A stretch of 64,000 bases of DNA from Spirochaetota bacterium (GCA_031549085.1 JAVBQL010000001.1:119486-183485), one strand, 5' to 3'. Shown: positions 29,364-40,280, counted from the stretch's first letter. Numbers and translations: made by a program. Notes: generated by a model from the sequence alone, not told the origin.

Positions 29364-30605
29364 ATGAAGATTAGAGCAGTTCTATTCTCTATTTTTGTTC
29401 TTTCTCTGATTTTATCAAGCTGTGACTATGAAGTTGAAACCAATGCCAACGCCCCAAAATATGATTATATAGGTAGTTACTATGATGATCTGGCAATGGT
29501 ACGTCTAAATGGAAAATATGGTTTTGTGGATATATATGGAGAGGTAGCAGTTCCAATTATTTATGACACTGCTGATAGCTTTGAGAATGGCTTGGGCAAA
29601 GTGGGATTCTATAATGAAGATAGCTATAGCAACTATAAATATGGCTTTGTTAATAAAAAAGGTGAAGTGGTTGTTCCTATTATCTACAACTATGTACGAT
29701 GCTACACTAATGATGAAATCAAATTAATTTTTGTAAGTCTAAATGGAAAATATGGTTATCTTGATACAAATGGGCTTGAAGTAGTTCCTACTATTTATGA
29801 GAATATTTCCAGTTTTTATAATAAAAGAGCAGTAGTAAAACTAAACGGAAAGTATGGTATTATAGGTATTGCTGGAAATGTAATTATTCCCACTATTTAT
29901 GATTATATTTCAACCTTTGTTGATAGCAATCTAGTTGGTGTTGGGGTCAGCAATAAATATGGCCTTATAGATATGGATAATCAAGTGGTAATTCCAATTA
30001 TATATGATGATATATGGCTCTCTCCCCATGATCTAATAACAGTTGTTCAAAATGGCAAGTATGGACTTGTGAATAGAAGCCATCAAATAGTAGTTCCGAT
30101 TATTTATGATAATATGACTCTTTATGATAGCCTAATTCGTGTTAAACAAAACTATAAGTGGGGTTATTTAGACTTAAATGGAAATGTAATTCTTCCCATT
30201 ATTTATGATGGCATAGAGCCTTTCAGTTATGAGTTATCGAGAGTAAAACTTAAGGGTAAGTATGGTTATATAGATAAAAATGGACAGATAGTAATTCCTA
30301 TTATCTACAATGAAGCACAATATTTTAATGATGATGAGCTATGTTTAGTGAGGCTAATTGATAAGTGGGGATTTATTGATACAAGTGGAAATGAAATAGT
30401 TCCTGTTACTTATGATTTTGCAGATAATTTTTCAGGTGGATTGGCAAGAGTAAGATTAAATGATAAGTGGGGGTTTGTTGATAAAAATAGTGTAGTAATT
30501 ATCCCTATTAGCTATGATTATGCAAACAATTTTTCTTATGGTAGAGCTCTTGTAAATTTAGGTAATGACTCTTTCTATATTGATAAGGATGGCAATAAAA
30601 TATAA
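29364..30605 (+). CDS. WG-repeat lipoprotein
   Basis: Lipobox-like ILSSC after ATG 29364; about 10 repeats of (Y/W)G(F/Y/L)(I/V/L)D..G..(V/I)(I/V)P..Y. Confidence 0.92.
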   Translation: MKIRAVLFSIFVLSLILSSCDYEVETNANAPKYDYIGSYYDDLAMVRLNGKYGFVDIYGEVAVPIIYDTADSFENGLGKVGFYNEDSYSNYKYGFVNKKGEVVVPIIYNYVRCYTNDEIKLIFVSLNGKYGYLDTNGLEVVPTIYENISSFYNKRAVVKLNGKYGIIGIAGNVIIPTIYDYISTFVDSNLVGVGVSNKYGLIDMDNQVVIPIIYDDIWLSPHDLITVVQNGKYGLVNRSHQIVVPIIYDNMTLYDSLIRVKQNYKWGYLDLNGNVILPIIYDGIEPFSYELSRVKLKGKYGYIDKNGQIVIPIIYNEAQYFNDDELCLVRLIDKWGFIDTSGNEIVPVTYDFADNFSGGLARVRLNDKWGFVDKNSVVIIPISYDYANNFSYGRALVNLGNDSFYIDKDGNKI

Positions 30606-30724
30606 TCACCCCTATATTTACTGAACTTGATAAACTTTTTTTAAATTAAAAACTTACAATCCTTCTGTATAAGATATTTATCAGAAAGAAGGCACACATA
30701 AAAAAGAAAAAAAAGGAGTTTTTT

Positions 30725-31936
30725 ATGATTGACCAACAACTATTTTCAACACTCGCAAAGGGAATGAAGTCATCAAAAATACGAGAGCTTATGAAATATG
30801 CAACATCAAGTAATGTTATCTCATTTGGTGGTGGCTCTCCTGACAGTAAAAACTTCCCTTTTAAAGAGGTACAATCAATTATAAATGACTTTGACAGCAA
30901 AAAAATTGTGCAAGCCATGCAGTATGGTGCAACAAGCGGTTTTCCACCTCTAATTGAGGCACTAAAAACAAGATTAAATAAAAAAAATAGAATAGATCTA
31001 AACGAGCAAGAATTATTGATTACCACTGGTGGACAGCAAGCTATCTATCTCTTCTCAAAGATATTTATTGATAGCGGCGATGTTGTTCTAGTTGAGGAGC
31101 CCTCATTTATTGGAGCAATGGCTGCGTTTCTCTCAAATGGAGCTGAACTTGTTGGACTCCCTTTGGAAGATGATGGCGTCAATATCGAGAAGTTAGAGGA
31201 GACGCTGCTCTCTCTACGCAAAGCTGGTAAAAAGGTTAAATTCTTCTATACAATACCAAATTTTCAAAACCCATCAGGTGTAACTCTCTCTCAAGAGAAG
31301 AGAAAGAAGCTCTATGAGCTTTCACTAAAGCACAATCTTCTAATATTAGAAGATGATCCATATGGGGAGCTCTACTTTGAGGGAAAAGATGAGGATTATC
31401 TCCCTATAAAATCAATTGGAAGCGAGGCACCAATTACTTATATTGGCACATTTTCGAAGGTGCTATGTCCAGGCTTCAGAATTGGCTATACACTCTCAAA
31501 CAAAAAGATTGTAGAGAAGATGGAGCTTGCAAAACAGAGTAATGATGCCTGTTCATCATCATTTGGACAAGTGGTTGCCGCAGAGTATCTAAACAGAAAT
31601 TTGATTGAAGATTATATAAAAAAGATGAGGGTTATCTATAAAGAGAAGTGTGATTTGATGCTCTCATCTATAAAAGAGAATTTTCCAAAAGAGATTACCT
31701 ATAGCACTCCAAGGGGCGGATTTTTTATCTATGCAAACTTGGGCGGTAAAGTCAGTGCTAATGAACTTTTTACCCATGTAATAAAGCAAAATGTTGCCTT
31801 TGTTACTGGAGACCCCTTCCACACTGATGAAAAACTTGGAGACTGCCATATCAGACTCTCATTCTCAAGCAGTACAAATGAGCAAATTATCTCTGGAATT
31901 AAAATTATTGGAGAGGAGATAAAAAAACAGCTGTGA
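30725..31936 (+). CDS. PLP-dependent aminotransferase (LysN / 2-aminoadipate transaminase-like)
   Basis: SKIRELM, ISFGGGSP, YTIPNFQNPSG, EDDPYGEL, GTFSKVLCPGFRIG. Confidence 0.92.
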   Translation: MIDQQLFSTLAKGMKSSKIRELMKYATSSNVISFGGGSPDSKNFPFKEVQSIINDFDSKKIVQAMQYGATSGFPPLIEALKTRLNKKNRIDLNEQELLITTGGQQAIYLFSKIFIDSGDVVLVEEPSFIGAMAAFLSNGAELVGLPLEDDGVNIEKLEETLLSLRKAGKKVKFFYTIPNFQNPSGVTLSQEKRKKLYELSLKHNLLILEDDPYGELYFEGKDEDYLPIKSIGSEAPITYIGTFSKVLCPGFRIGYTLSNKKIVEKMELAKQSNDACSSSFGQVVAAEYLNRNLIEDYIKKMRVIYKEKCDLMLSSIKENFPKEITYSTPRGGFFIYANLGGKVSANELFTHVIKQNVAFVTGDPFHTDEKLGDCHIRLSFSSSTNEQIISGIKIIGEEIKKQL

Positions 31937-32811
31937 GAAAAATAAAGAGGGCCAAAGAGTGCTTTTTTCGGGATACAACCAATAAAAAATTCTTTGACTT
32001 TTCCTCTATTGATAATATCATAGGATACAGCAATAAAAAACTGACCCATGTTGTAAAAAACGGACTCTCATCAGCTTGGAATATAGAGAACAACTCTATA
32101 TATCATGGCCGGTTTGAATCCTTTATAAAAAAAGAGTTTGGAAGAGAGTATGTTCCTCTCTTTTTCAACTCCATTTATGAGCTCTTTCTCTATATAAAGA
32201 TAGTTTTTGAAAAAGATTACAGAATAAATATTAATAGTGATATGTTTAATCTCTTTTTAGAGGAGAGTGGTATAGTTTTTGATAAGGATATTAACAAACC
32301 ACAAATTGAAATTATTGATTATGCTTATAATACCCTATTTGAAAAGGAGATTATTGCAAAAGAAAATTCAATATTGAATTACTATCTCTATCCATCAACA
32401 GCTATTGACATCAAAGGCTCTCTATTTACTATTTTACCAAAAATATTTTCTGGAAACTTCAGCTATGTTACCCTCATAATAAAACAGGACTCTCCCATTT
32501 TTGATAAGCTTAAAAAACTATCAAAAGAGATTCCATCGCTCTATTTAATATCAAGTTTGAAAAATATATTTCTAGTTAGAGAGCAGGAAAAATTGAAGAA
32601 GGAAGTGCTATCCTTAGAGTCTAGTAAGATTATACAGAAAGGCAGATTATTTATTTTCAAAGATAGTGAGAAAGAAAATAACAACCTATCTGATCACCTA
32701 TATGAGAAGGGGATATTAATTAATAAAAAAGCACCATACTATAACTATCTTCCATTTTTGTTAAACGAACATCAAGAAAAACATATAAAGAAGGTTTTGG
32801 ATAACTTATAG
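31933..32811 (+). CDS. Hypothetical protein with degenerate class III aminotransferase-like N-terminus
   Basis: RAKECFFRDTTNKKFFDFSS...IIGY resembles the class III small-domain start; GTG start overlaps the upstream TGA. Confidence 0.6.
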   Translation: MRKIKRAKECFFRDTTNKKFFDFSSIDNIIGYSNKKLTHVVKNGLSSAWNIENNSIYHGRFESFIKKEFGREYVPLFFNSIYELFLYIKIVFEKDYRININSDMFNLFLEESGIVFDKDINKPQIEIIDYAYNTLFEKEIIAKENSILNYYLYPSTAIDIKGSLFTILPKIFSGNFSYVTLIIKQDSPIFDKLKKLSKEIPSLYLISSLKNIFLVREQEKLKKEVLSLESSKIIQKGRLFIFKDSEKENNNLSDHLYEKGILINKKAPYYNYLPFLLNEHQEKHIKKVLDNL

Positions 32812-32871
32812 TTGATTATGTAGCAATTGCTCCCTACCTAAACATTCGTTAAACTTAATTTTAGCAACTAC

Positions 32872-33160
32872 CCTATCAATATTTAATTGGTTGTGCTGTT
32901 TCATCTTTAGCTTACTTATAAGTACAAGAATATATAATGAGAAAACGCTACTTAAAAGAGAAAGAGAGAGAATTAAAATATATAGCGGGGTGTTACCTTA
33001 AGCCTATATATTTTAACTTTTTTTTCTTTCTTTTTTAAGTAGCGTTTTCTCGTTATATATGTTGCTAATGACCAGTAACTCAGAAAATAAGTTTAATAAC
33101 TCATTCAAGATTGGATAGGATTAATTATATAATAGAGATGTATGAAAAAGCATTATCTGT
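32872..33160. repeat. Family A foldback element, copy A4 (core about 32929-33060)
   Basis: GAGAAAACGCTACTTAAAA.../...TTTTAAGTAGCGTTTTCTC arms; right flank TTGGATAGGATTAATT. Confidence 0.9.
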
Positions 33161-33260
33161 ACATGATATCAAAATAAAATAGTGATAGTATAAAAAAGCT
33201 TCAAAGCTAATTTAAGCTCTGAAGCCTGTAAATATCTAAATCTATAATACTAAAACAATC

Positions 33261-34388
33261 TTATATAATGCACTTCTCTTCAACATTTCCAGTAGGTCCT
33301 GTAACAGGGTTTAGGTCAAAGAAATGTGCTTTTGCAATTTTAACAGTCAATTCAATTGGCTCACCAACTTTTGCAGCAACGTTTGGATTTGTTCTTGACA
33401 ATAGTTGAGAACCATCACTTGTTGATAAGTATAGATATGTCTCTGGACCCAATGGTTCAATAACATCAACAACAGCCTTGATCTTCTCCCCAGCAGAACC
33501 ATCCTCTCTAATTAGATCTTCTGGTCTTATACCAAAAGTTACATCTTTATTTGTATAAGGTTTTAGGGCAGCTTGCTGCTCTTTTGTTGGAGTAATAGCA
33601 AAATCTTTATGTCTTACAACAAGATTTCCGCTTGCAGAATCCATCTCAACTTTACAGTTTATAAAGTTCATTGGAGGAGAACCAATAAACCCTGCAACAA
33701 ATTTATTTGCTGGCTTATTATATAGGTTTAGAGGAGTATCTGCTTGTTGAACATATCCATTGTACATTACAACAATCTTATCAGCCATAGTCATGGCCTC
33801 TACTTGGTCATGCGTTACATAAACCATAGTATTTCCAAGTTTATGGTGAAGCTTTGATATCTCTGAACGCATAGTAACACGAAGCTTTGCATCAAGGTTT
33901 GATAGTGGTTCGTCAAATAAGAAAACTTTCGGTTTTCTAACGATTGTTCTACCCATAGCAACACGTTGTCTCTGTCCACCAGAGAGAGCCTTTGGCTTTC
34001 TATCTAGTAGACTTACTATATCAAGAAGCTTTGCAGCATCCATAACTCTCTTTTCAATATCCTCTTTTGGAAACTTTCTAATTTTAAGACCAAAAGCCAT
34101 ATTTTCATAAACTGTCATATGAGGGTACAAAGCGTAGTTTTGGAAAACCATACCAATATCACGATCTTTTGGAGGGACATTATTCATCAATTTATCATCG
34201 ATAAATAGCTCACCTCTTGTGATCTCCTCAAGACCAGCGATCATTCTTAGTGTAGTAGATTTACCACAACCAGATGGACCAACAAATACGCAGAACTCAC
34301 CATCAGCGATTTCAATATTGTTCTGTTTAACAACATGGACATTACCCGGATAGATTTTGTCGATGTTTTTTAATACTACTCGTGCCAT
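33261..34388 (-). CDS. Sugar ABC transporter ATP-binding subunit (MalK/MsmX/UgpC type)
   Basis: GPSGCGKST, LSGGQRQR, FLFDEPLSNLDAKLR and YVTHDQ; GGAG before ATG 34388. Confidence 0.95.
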   Translation of the reverse strand: MARVVLKNIDKIYPGNVHVVKQNNIEIADGEFCVFVGPSGCGKSTTLRMIAGLEEITRGELFIDDKLMNNVPPKDRDIGMVFQNYALYPHMTVYENMAFGLKIRKFPKEDIEKRVMDAAKLLDIVSLLDRKPKALSGGQRQRVAMGRTIVRKPKVFLFDEPLSNLDAKLRVTMRSEISKLHHKLGNTMVYVTHDQVEAMTMADKIVVMYNGYVQQADTPLNLYNKPANKFVAGFIGSPPMNFINCKVEMDSASGNLVVRHKDFAITPTKEQQAALKPYTNKDVTFGIRPEDLIREDGSAGEKIKAVVDVIEPLGPETYLYLSTSDGSQLLSRTNPNVAAKVGEPIELTVKIAKAHFFDLNPVTGPTGNVEEKCII

Positions 34389-34715
34389 TACTTGTTCTCC
34401 TAATAAACAATATAACCCATTATAAAACCTTTTTATAACAAAAGTCAACTTGATTTTTTTAATAATATTTTTTTTATTTTTTTTTATTTTTGCCTGCACA
34501 CTCTTTTTGATAAATATCTATTGAAAAATGTATTTTCAGTCTCTAATTGAAATATAAACTCCTTTCAAAAACAAGCTGCATAATTAAAAAAAAACTAAAA
34601 CATTAAAATTATTCCACCATAGCTATTTTTAAATTGATCTTTTATCTTTTTTTTGATAGAAACTTTTTAGTTTAGGATTAAATTGTTTTACTATCATTTT
34701 TTTGGAGATTTTTTT

Positions 34716-36038
34716 ATGGATAAATTCAGAGTTGCGATATTAGGCTGTGGTATTGTTGGCGGCGGGACTGCTAAAATTATGCTTGATTTAAAAAATGAGT
34801 TAAAAGAGGCTGCGGGCAAAGAGGTTGAACTTGTAAAAATATTGGATCTCTTTCCAAAAAGATCAAGCAGCAAGCATAATATTCCAATTTCACTCTTTTG
34901 TGGTAATGGAGAGAACCTAACCATTGATGAGGCAAATGGATACACAAAAGAGATCTTAAGTGATAAAGATATAGATTTGGTAGTTGAAACAATAGGCGGA
35001 AGCAATGAGAATATATTAAACACTGCAATTGGTATACTTGAAAATAAGAAACATCTTGTTACTGCAAACAAGGCTCTGCTTGCTAAACATGGTGAAAAAA
35101 TATTTTCAACTGCTGAAAAAAATTCTAAAACCATAGGCTTTGAGGCTGCTGTTGGCGGTGCGATCCCAATTATAAGGGCAATAAAAGAGGGTTTTACTGG
35201 TGATGTTGTTGAAGCTATAATGGGAATACTCAATGGAACAAGCAACTATATCCTAACTGAGATGAGAGACTCCGGGCTCTCATTTGATGCTGCATTGAAA
35301 CTTGCACAAGAGAAGGGATATGCTGAGGCTGACCCTACACTTGATATAAGCGGAGGGGATACATCTCATAAGCTTGCTATACTTATGAAGCTTGCTTTTG
35401 GTCTTAATATAAATATTGAGAGTCTATCTGTTGCAGGAATAGAGAATATAACAAAAGATGATCTTCTTTTTGCAGAGGAGATGAACTCTACTATAAAACT
35501 TATCTGTTTTGCGAAGAGAGAAAATGATAATATCTATGCAGCAGTACGCCCTATGCTTGTAAAAAAGAATAATCTCCTCTCCAATGTTAGCGGCTCGACC
35601 AATGCTGTTAGAGTTTTAAACAGATACTCTACTGAACATGTGCTTATTGGAAAGGGGGCTGGCTCGCTTGAGACAGGTACAGCGATTGTTGGTGATATTG
35701 TCTCTATTGCAAAATACTCCAGCACCTCTTCTAGTGCAATGACATTGAAAAATAATAAAAATCTTACTTTGAAAAATATTGATGATATCTATCTTCCATA
35801 TAATATTGTTTTTGAGACAGTTAATAAACCAGGGATTACGGGTATTGTTACAACTGCCATAGGCAATAATAGTATCAACATAGATACCGTTAGTCATAAT
35901 AGAAACAATTCTGATAGGGCTATTTTTTCCGTTGCAACAATGCCATGCCAGCTAACCTCAATAAACAGAGCGATAGCAGAGATAAAGGGTAAAAATATAT
36001 TGATTAGTGATGCAAAGATAATGCCTATTCTATATTAA
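34716..36038 (+). CDS. hom: Homoserine dehydrogenase with C-terminal ACT domain
   Basis: LGCGIVGGG, VTANKAL, FEAAVGGAIP, GILNGTSNYIL, GYAEADP; ACT-like NKPGITGIVT. Confidence 0.95.
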   Translation: MDKFRVAILGCGIVGGGTAKIMLDLKNELKEAAGKEVELVKILDLFPKRSSSKHNIPISLFCGNGENLTIDEANGYTKEILSDKDIDLVVETIGGSNENILNTAIGILENKKHLVTANKALLAKHGEKIFSTAEKNSKTIGFEAAVGGAIPIIRAIKEGFTGDVVEAIMGILNGTSNYILTEMRDSGLSFDAALKLAQEKGYAEADPTLDISGGDTSHKLAILMKLAFGLNINIESLSVAGIENITKDDLLFAEEMNSTIKLICFAKRENDNIYAAVRPMLVKKNNLLSNVSGSTNAVRVLNRYSTEHVLIGKGAGSLETGTAIVGDIVSIAKYSSTSSSAMTLKNNKNLTLKNIDDIYLPYNIVFETVNKPGITGIVTTAIGNNSINIDTVSHNRNNSDRAIFSVATMPCQLTSINRAIAEIKGKNILISDAKIMPILY

Positions 36039-36044
36039 GTTGTA

Positions 36045-36430
36045 GTTGGCATACATACAGAAAATGCTTTTTCATACATCTTTATTATATCAATAATCTC
36101 ATCCAAGCTTTAATAAGTAGTTAGGTATCGTTTTTGTGTTACTTGTCATTACGTAGAGCTATAACGAGAGAACGCTACTCAAAAAAGAGAAAGAAGAGAG
36201 AATAATTTTGTATAGGTGGGGGGGGTAATCAAAAAAAGAGCCTAATTTTAAAAATATGAAAATAAAACAAAAAGGACGTGGCACGCAAAAAAAGCCTATA
36301 CAAAATTACTTTTCTTTTTTTTCTCTCTTTTTTAGGTACCATTCGCTCATTATATCTGTTCGTGCTGATAAGTAAACTAGGTATAAGGTTTTAATAGCTT
36401 GTTTAATATTAATAATACACTCATAATAAC
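36045..36430. repeat. Family A foldback element, copy A5 (reverse orientation, enlarged loop of about 78 nt)
   Basis: AACGCTACTCAAAAAAGAGAAAG...TATAGG and CCTATACAAAATTAC...GGTACCATTCGCTC arms; flanks ATCTCATCCAA and ATATTAATAA. Confidence 0.88.
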
Positions 36431-36568
36431 TAAGCTACCCTAATAATTAAATAGTATAAAATTGCTAAGCTAAAAGAGAGAAAAATAAAGAGTCAAAAAG
36501 TTAAATAGTAAAATGGCCAATTCCGATAAAACCACTATATACAACTAAAGGGTCTCTGCAAAAATAAA

Positions 36569-39085
36569 ATGAAAACTAATGGAAAAAAAATAAGATTTTT
36601 AACAATCTCTGCTTTTGCAACATTTTTTCTCTTCTCACTATTCCTAATTGTTGATAATGACTTTCTAAAGAATAAATTCTTTGCAAACTTTTCTATCTCC
36701 TACAATAGCTTTCTAAACCGAATCTTTGGAAGCTTTGGAGAGCTATATATAATTTTGGGACTCTTTATATGTGTTGTATTACTTATAAAAATTAAGCGTT
36801 ATAAAAAAATATCTCTATTTTTTGGAATAACACTGCTTCTTTTATTCATATCATCATTCACAGAGTTTTTAGGTGCAAAAATATATAATGGCGGTCTACT
36901 TGGGAAAAATCTCTCAAAATTACTCTTAACAGAGACTCCTTTTCTCAATTTTTCTATCTATTTTTTATGGGGAACAGCATCATTGTTTTTAATTTTACTA
37001 CCAATAAAAAATATTTTGGTAAAGGGATTAACATATATAACCTTTTCTATAATTCAATTTATTGAGAAATTAAAAGATTACTTTGGGGCATATAAAAATG
37101 AGCTCTCTAAAGAGCGAGCCAGTGTCCCTTTTATATCTAAAATTGTGTATGAAGATGATAATAAAATAACTGAAATACCTATATTTTCCATCAAAAAAAA
37201 TGATAAGCCTAAAAAATTTGTCTATAAAGAGGAGACAAATACAAGTGTATATTATGAAGAAGAAAAAGATAATCAAGGCAATAGAGGAAAAGCAGAGAAA
37301 AAAGTAGATAGTACCAATAGTACAGAGGAGTATTTCAAAAAACTAAAGGAGCACTGGCCAGAAAAGTGGAAACATGAAGAGAATAATGAAATTGTTATTG
37401 AAGATTCATCATTGGTAAATAAAAATGAACCAAACAAGAGAGATATTCAAAAAATGGATAGCGAAAAAATCCTATATTATAATGAAAGCAACTTTGCTAA
37501 TAAGTTTAATAATAGAGAGGAAGAATTTAAAAATAGCTATATAAAAAGTGAAATAGACAATATATATATAGAAGCTGACGATCTTGATATAAGTATAGAT
37601 GATGAGTATGACGAGGAGAATTATGATATCTCTCATGAAGCTATTTTAAACAAAAAAGATCATGAGGTTTTAAATAAATTTCCAAACTCAGCGATTCTAT
37701 CAAAACAGCTAAGTTTTGATAATGGCTCTTCAAAAGAGGAGGAGGCAGAATCTTCAAGAATATTGGAGGCAACTCTCTTTGAATTTGGTATAAAAGCAGA
37801 GGTTGTAGATATAATCCATGGGCCAGTGGTTACACTATATAAACTTATCCCAGCACCAGGTATAAAACTCTCAAGAATTGAGGGGCTCTCAACAAACCTT
37901 GCGCTGCGCCTTGCTGCACAATCTATAAGGATTATTGCTCCAATCCCAGGAGAAAAAGTTGTTGGAATAGAGATTCCAAATAGAATTAGAGAGCTGGTTA
38001 GCTTCAGCGATATAATAAACAGTAAAGAGTTTAAAAATAGCAAATATAATATTCCAATAGGTCTTGGAAAAGATATCTATGGAAACACAATAGTTGCGGA
38101 TCTATATAAGATGCCTCACATCTTGATAGCAGGGGCCACTGGAGCAGGTAAATCTGTCTGTGTAAATGGCTTTATCTCATCAATACTATTCTCAAAGAGC
38201 CCTGAAGATGTAAGGCTTATACTTATTGACCCAAAAATTGTTGAACTTAAACCATATAACAATATTCCTCACCTTTTAACTCCAGTCATTACAGAGTCAA
38301 AAAAGGCATTGATGGCATTGAAATATCTACTATATGAAATGGAGAGAAGGTACTCACTTCTTGATGAGATGGGTGTTAGAGATATTGTTGAGTATAGAAA
38401 AATGAATAAGGTTAAGCCTCACTTTGAGAACCTGCCTTTTATAGTTGCATTTGTTGATGAATTTGCAGATCTAATGACAACAAGCGGAAAAGATGTAGAG
38501 ATTATCTTCTCTCGTCTTGCAGCAAAGGCTCGTGCCATTGGTATACTTCTAGTTTTGGCAACCCAGCGTCCATCAGCTGATGTGATAACTGGTCTTATAA
38601 AGGCCAATATTCCATCACGTATAGCATTTCAAGTTATCTCACTTCAGGATAGCAGAATTATATTGGATCAAAAGGGTGCTGAAAAACTTTTAGGGCAGGG
38701 AGATATGCTATATTTGGGCGGTTCGCAGCCCTTTCCTATCCGTGTCCAAGGAGCATATCTATCCAAAGATGAGGTTGATAATATTGCAAACCACTGGAAA
38801 GAGCTCTTTCCCCCTCAATATGTGAACATAGAGGAGATTATCTCTGAAGATGATGACGAAGAGGATAGCATCGACTTTGATGGCGAAAGCAGAGACCCTC
38901 TCTTTGATGAGGCTGTATCTATTGTGAAGCAGACAAGAAAAGCCTCCGCCTCATATCTACAAAGAAGATTAAGCATTGGCTACAACAGAGCTGCAAGGCT
39001 TGTTGAAGAGATGGAGGAGATGGGGATTGTTGGCCCACAGCGCGGAGCAAAGGCTAGAGAGGTCATTGGAAGCGATTTTGAATAG
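36569..39085 (+). CDS. ftsK: DNA translocase FtsK/SpoIIIE
   Basis: N-terminal TM segments, IRIIAPIPG, AGATGAGKS, LIDPK, VDEFAD, LATQRPS and gamma domain ASASYLQRRLSIGYNRAAR. Confidence 0.97.
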   Translation: MKTNGKKIRFLTISAFATFFLFSLFLIVDNDFLKNKFFANFSISYNSFLNRIFGSFGELYIILGLFICVVLLIKIKRYKKISLFFGITLLLLFISSFTEFLGAKIYNGGLLGKNLSKLLLTETPFLNFSIYFLWGTASLFLILLPIKNILVKGLTYITFSIIQFIEKLKDYFGAYKNELSKERASVPFISKIVYEDDNKITEIPIFSIKKNDKPKKFVYKEETNTSVYYEEEKDNQGNRGKAEKKVDSTNSTEEYFKKLKEHWPEKWKHEENNEIVIEDSSLVNKNEPNKRDIQKMDSEKILYYNESNFANKFNNREEEFKNSYIKSEIDNIYIEADDLDISIDDEYDEENYDISHEAILNKKDHEVLNKFPNSAILSKQLSFDNGSSKEEEAESSRILEATLFEFGIKAEVVDIIHGPVVTLYKLIPAPGIKLSRIEGLSTNLALRLAAQSIRIIAPIPGEKVVGIEIPNRIRELVSFSDIINSKEFKNSKYNIPIGLGKDIYGNTIVADLYKMPHILIAGATGAGKSVCVNGFISSILFSKSPEDVRLILIDPKIVELKPYNNIPHLLTPVITESKKALMALKYLLYEMERRYSLLDEMGVRDIVEYRKMNKVKPHFENLPFIVAFVDEFADLMTTSGKDVEIIFSRLAAKARAIGILLVLATQRPSADVITGLIKANIPSRIAFQVISLQDSRIILDQKGAEKLLGQGDMLYLGGSQPFPIRVQGAYLSKDEVDNIANHWKELFPPQYVNIEEIISEDDDEEDSIDFDGESRDPLFDEAVSIVKQTRKASASYLQRRLSIGYNRAARLVEEMEEMGIVGPQRGAKAREVIGSDFE

Positions 39086-39100
39086 AGTTATTTTTACTAA

Positions 39101-39131
39101 TCCCCCTCTCCCCCTTTTCAAAAAGGGGGAT
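39101..39131. repeat. Family C short hairpin after the ftsK stop
   Basis: CCCCCTCT leader plus CCCCCTTTTCAAAAAGGGGG. Confidence 0.8.
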
Positions 39132-39175
39132 ATTTTTATCAAATAGAGACAAAAATATTAAATAAGGTATTTAGA

Positions 39176-39272
39176 GGGAGTTGGGATAAGAGTATATAAG
39201 TCGATTTTGTTCGATTTTTGCTTCCTGCAAAAATATACAAAATCTTTGTTATATCCCCTTATCTCAACTCCC
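39176..39272. repeat. Family B nested hairpin, copy B4
   Basis: GGGAGTTGGGATAAG/CTTATCTCAACTCCC outer stem with TAAGTCGATTTT...AAAATCTTTGTTA core. Confidence 0.82.
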
Positions 39273-39404
39273 AACCAACTAAAGTCTGCTCTAATATTTG
39301 CAATAAACTAACTTTTTATTTACCCACCATAGTTGGAAAGACAATATCATTTTTACATAAAATATATGTCCAAAAGGACATCACACGCAAAAAAATAAAA
39401 AAAA

Positions 39405-40280
39405 TTATACATCAACTCCAAGAAATTTTTTAACTGCCACTCCTATCAAGAAAGATAAAATCATTACGCTTGATGTAATTATTGCCATCTCCAAAAATCT
39501 CCTTCTGAAAGGAAGATCTTTTGCAACTGATATATAGTAATTAAAAGCCAATATTATAACAAAAACCATCGCAAGCATTATTATTAGCGCCTCTATATAC
39601 ATATGTTTAGGAAGAAGACAATATGGAAGTATCAACAACACAAGAGTAGAAAAATAGGCAAGCCCTGTGGAGAGCCCAGATCTTACTGCATGAGGCTTTC
39701 CCTCTGCACGGCTTGACAAATACTCACTTGATGTCATAGAAAAGACTGCCGCCATACCAGATATAAGTGTTGTCATTGCGGTAAAATGGGTGTTTTGATA
39801 GGCAAAGGTAAAACCAACAAGAGTCCCAGATATACCAATAAGAGCATCATTAAGCCCAAGTATTATTGAGCCAACAAATTTCAGACGCTCTTCATCAATC
39901 AGTTCAATAAACTCAACTTTGTGATTTAGCTCATCTGTAAGTATAGTTGAAGCCTCTGGAATAAGCTCTATTAACTTTTTAAAAGTTTTCTCATCTTTCA
40001 AAAAATCATCTGTCATATTCTCTAAAAATTTTATTACAAAAGTATACCCCAAAAGATGAGATAAAAAAACAAACCAATTAATTGCAAAATAGTTGGGTTT
40101 AACATCAACTTTTGTATAGCTCTTCCATATATTGTAGTGTTTTCCCTCCTCATTTGCCATCTCTTCCAATATTTTTCTATCTCTCTCCCCTTTAACACTA
40201 GATTTTATTTTAAGAATAATATTTTGTTCAGTAATCTCTCTTTTCTGCAGTTTTTTAACAAATTTAAGCATCTTATCCAA
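39405..40280 (-). CDS. VIT1/CCC1-family transporter with rubrerythrin-like N-terminus
   Basis: QKREITE, EEGKHY, GLNDAL, MTSSEYLS and FRRRFLEM; TTG start with GGAGG RBS. Confidence 0.9.
   Translation of the reverse strand: MDKMLKFVKKLQKREITEQNIILKIKSSVKGERDRKILEEMANEEGKHYNIWKSYTKVDVKPNYFAINWFVFLSHLLGYTFVIKFLENMTDDFLKDEKTFKKLIELIPEASTILTDELNHKVEFIELIDEERLKFVGSIILGLNDALIGISGTLVGFTFAYQNTHFTAMTTLISGMAAVFSMTSSEYLSSRAEGKPHAVRSGLSTGLAYFSTLVLLILPYCLLPKHMYIEALIIMLAMVFVIILAFNYYISVAKDLPFRRRFLEMAIITSSVMILSFLIGVAVKKFLGVDV

Noticed and set aside
33261-34499. Extended TTG/GTG/upstream starts in the ORF track (e.g. 34499, 34683, 29307, 60556, 17336, 15792)
   Set aside because: Downstream ATGs have better RBS spacing or match the expected N-termini and signal peptides.
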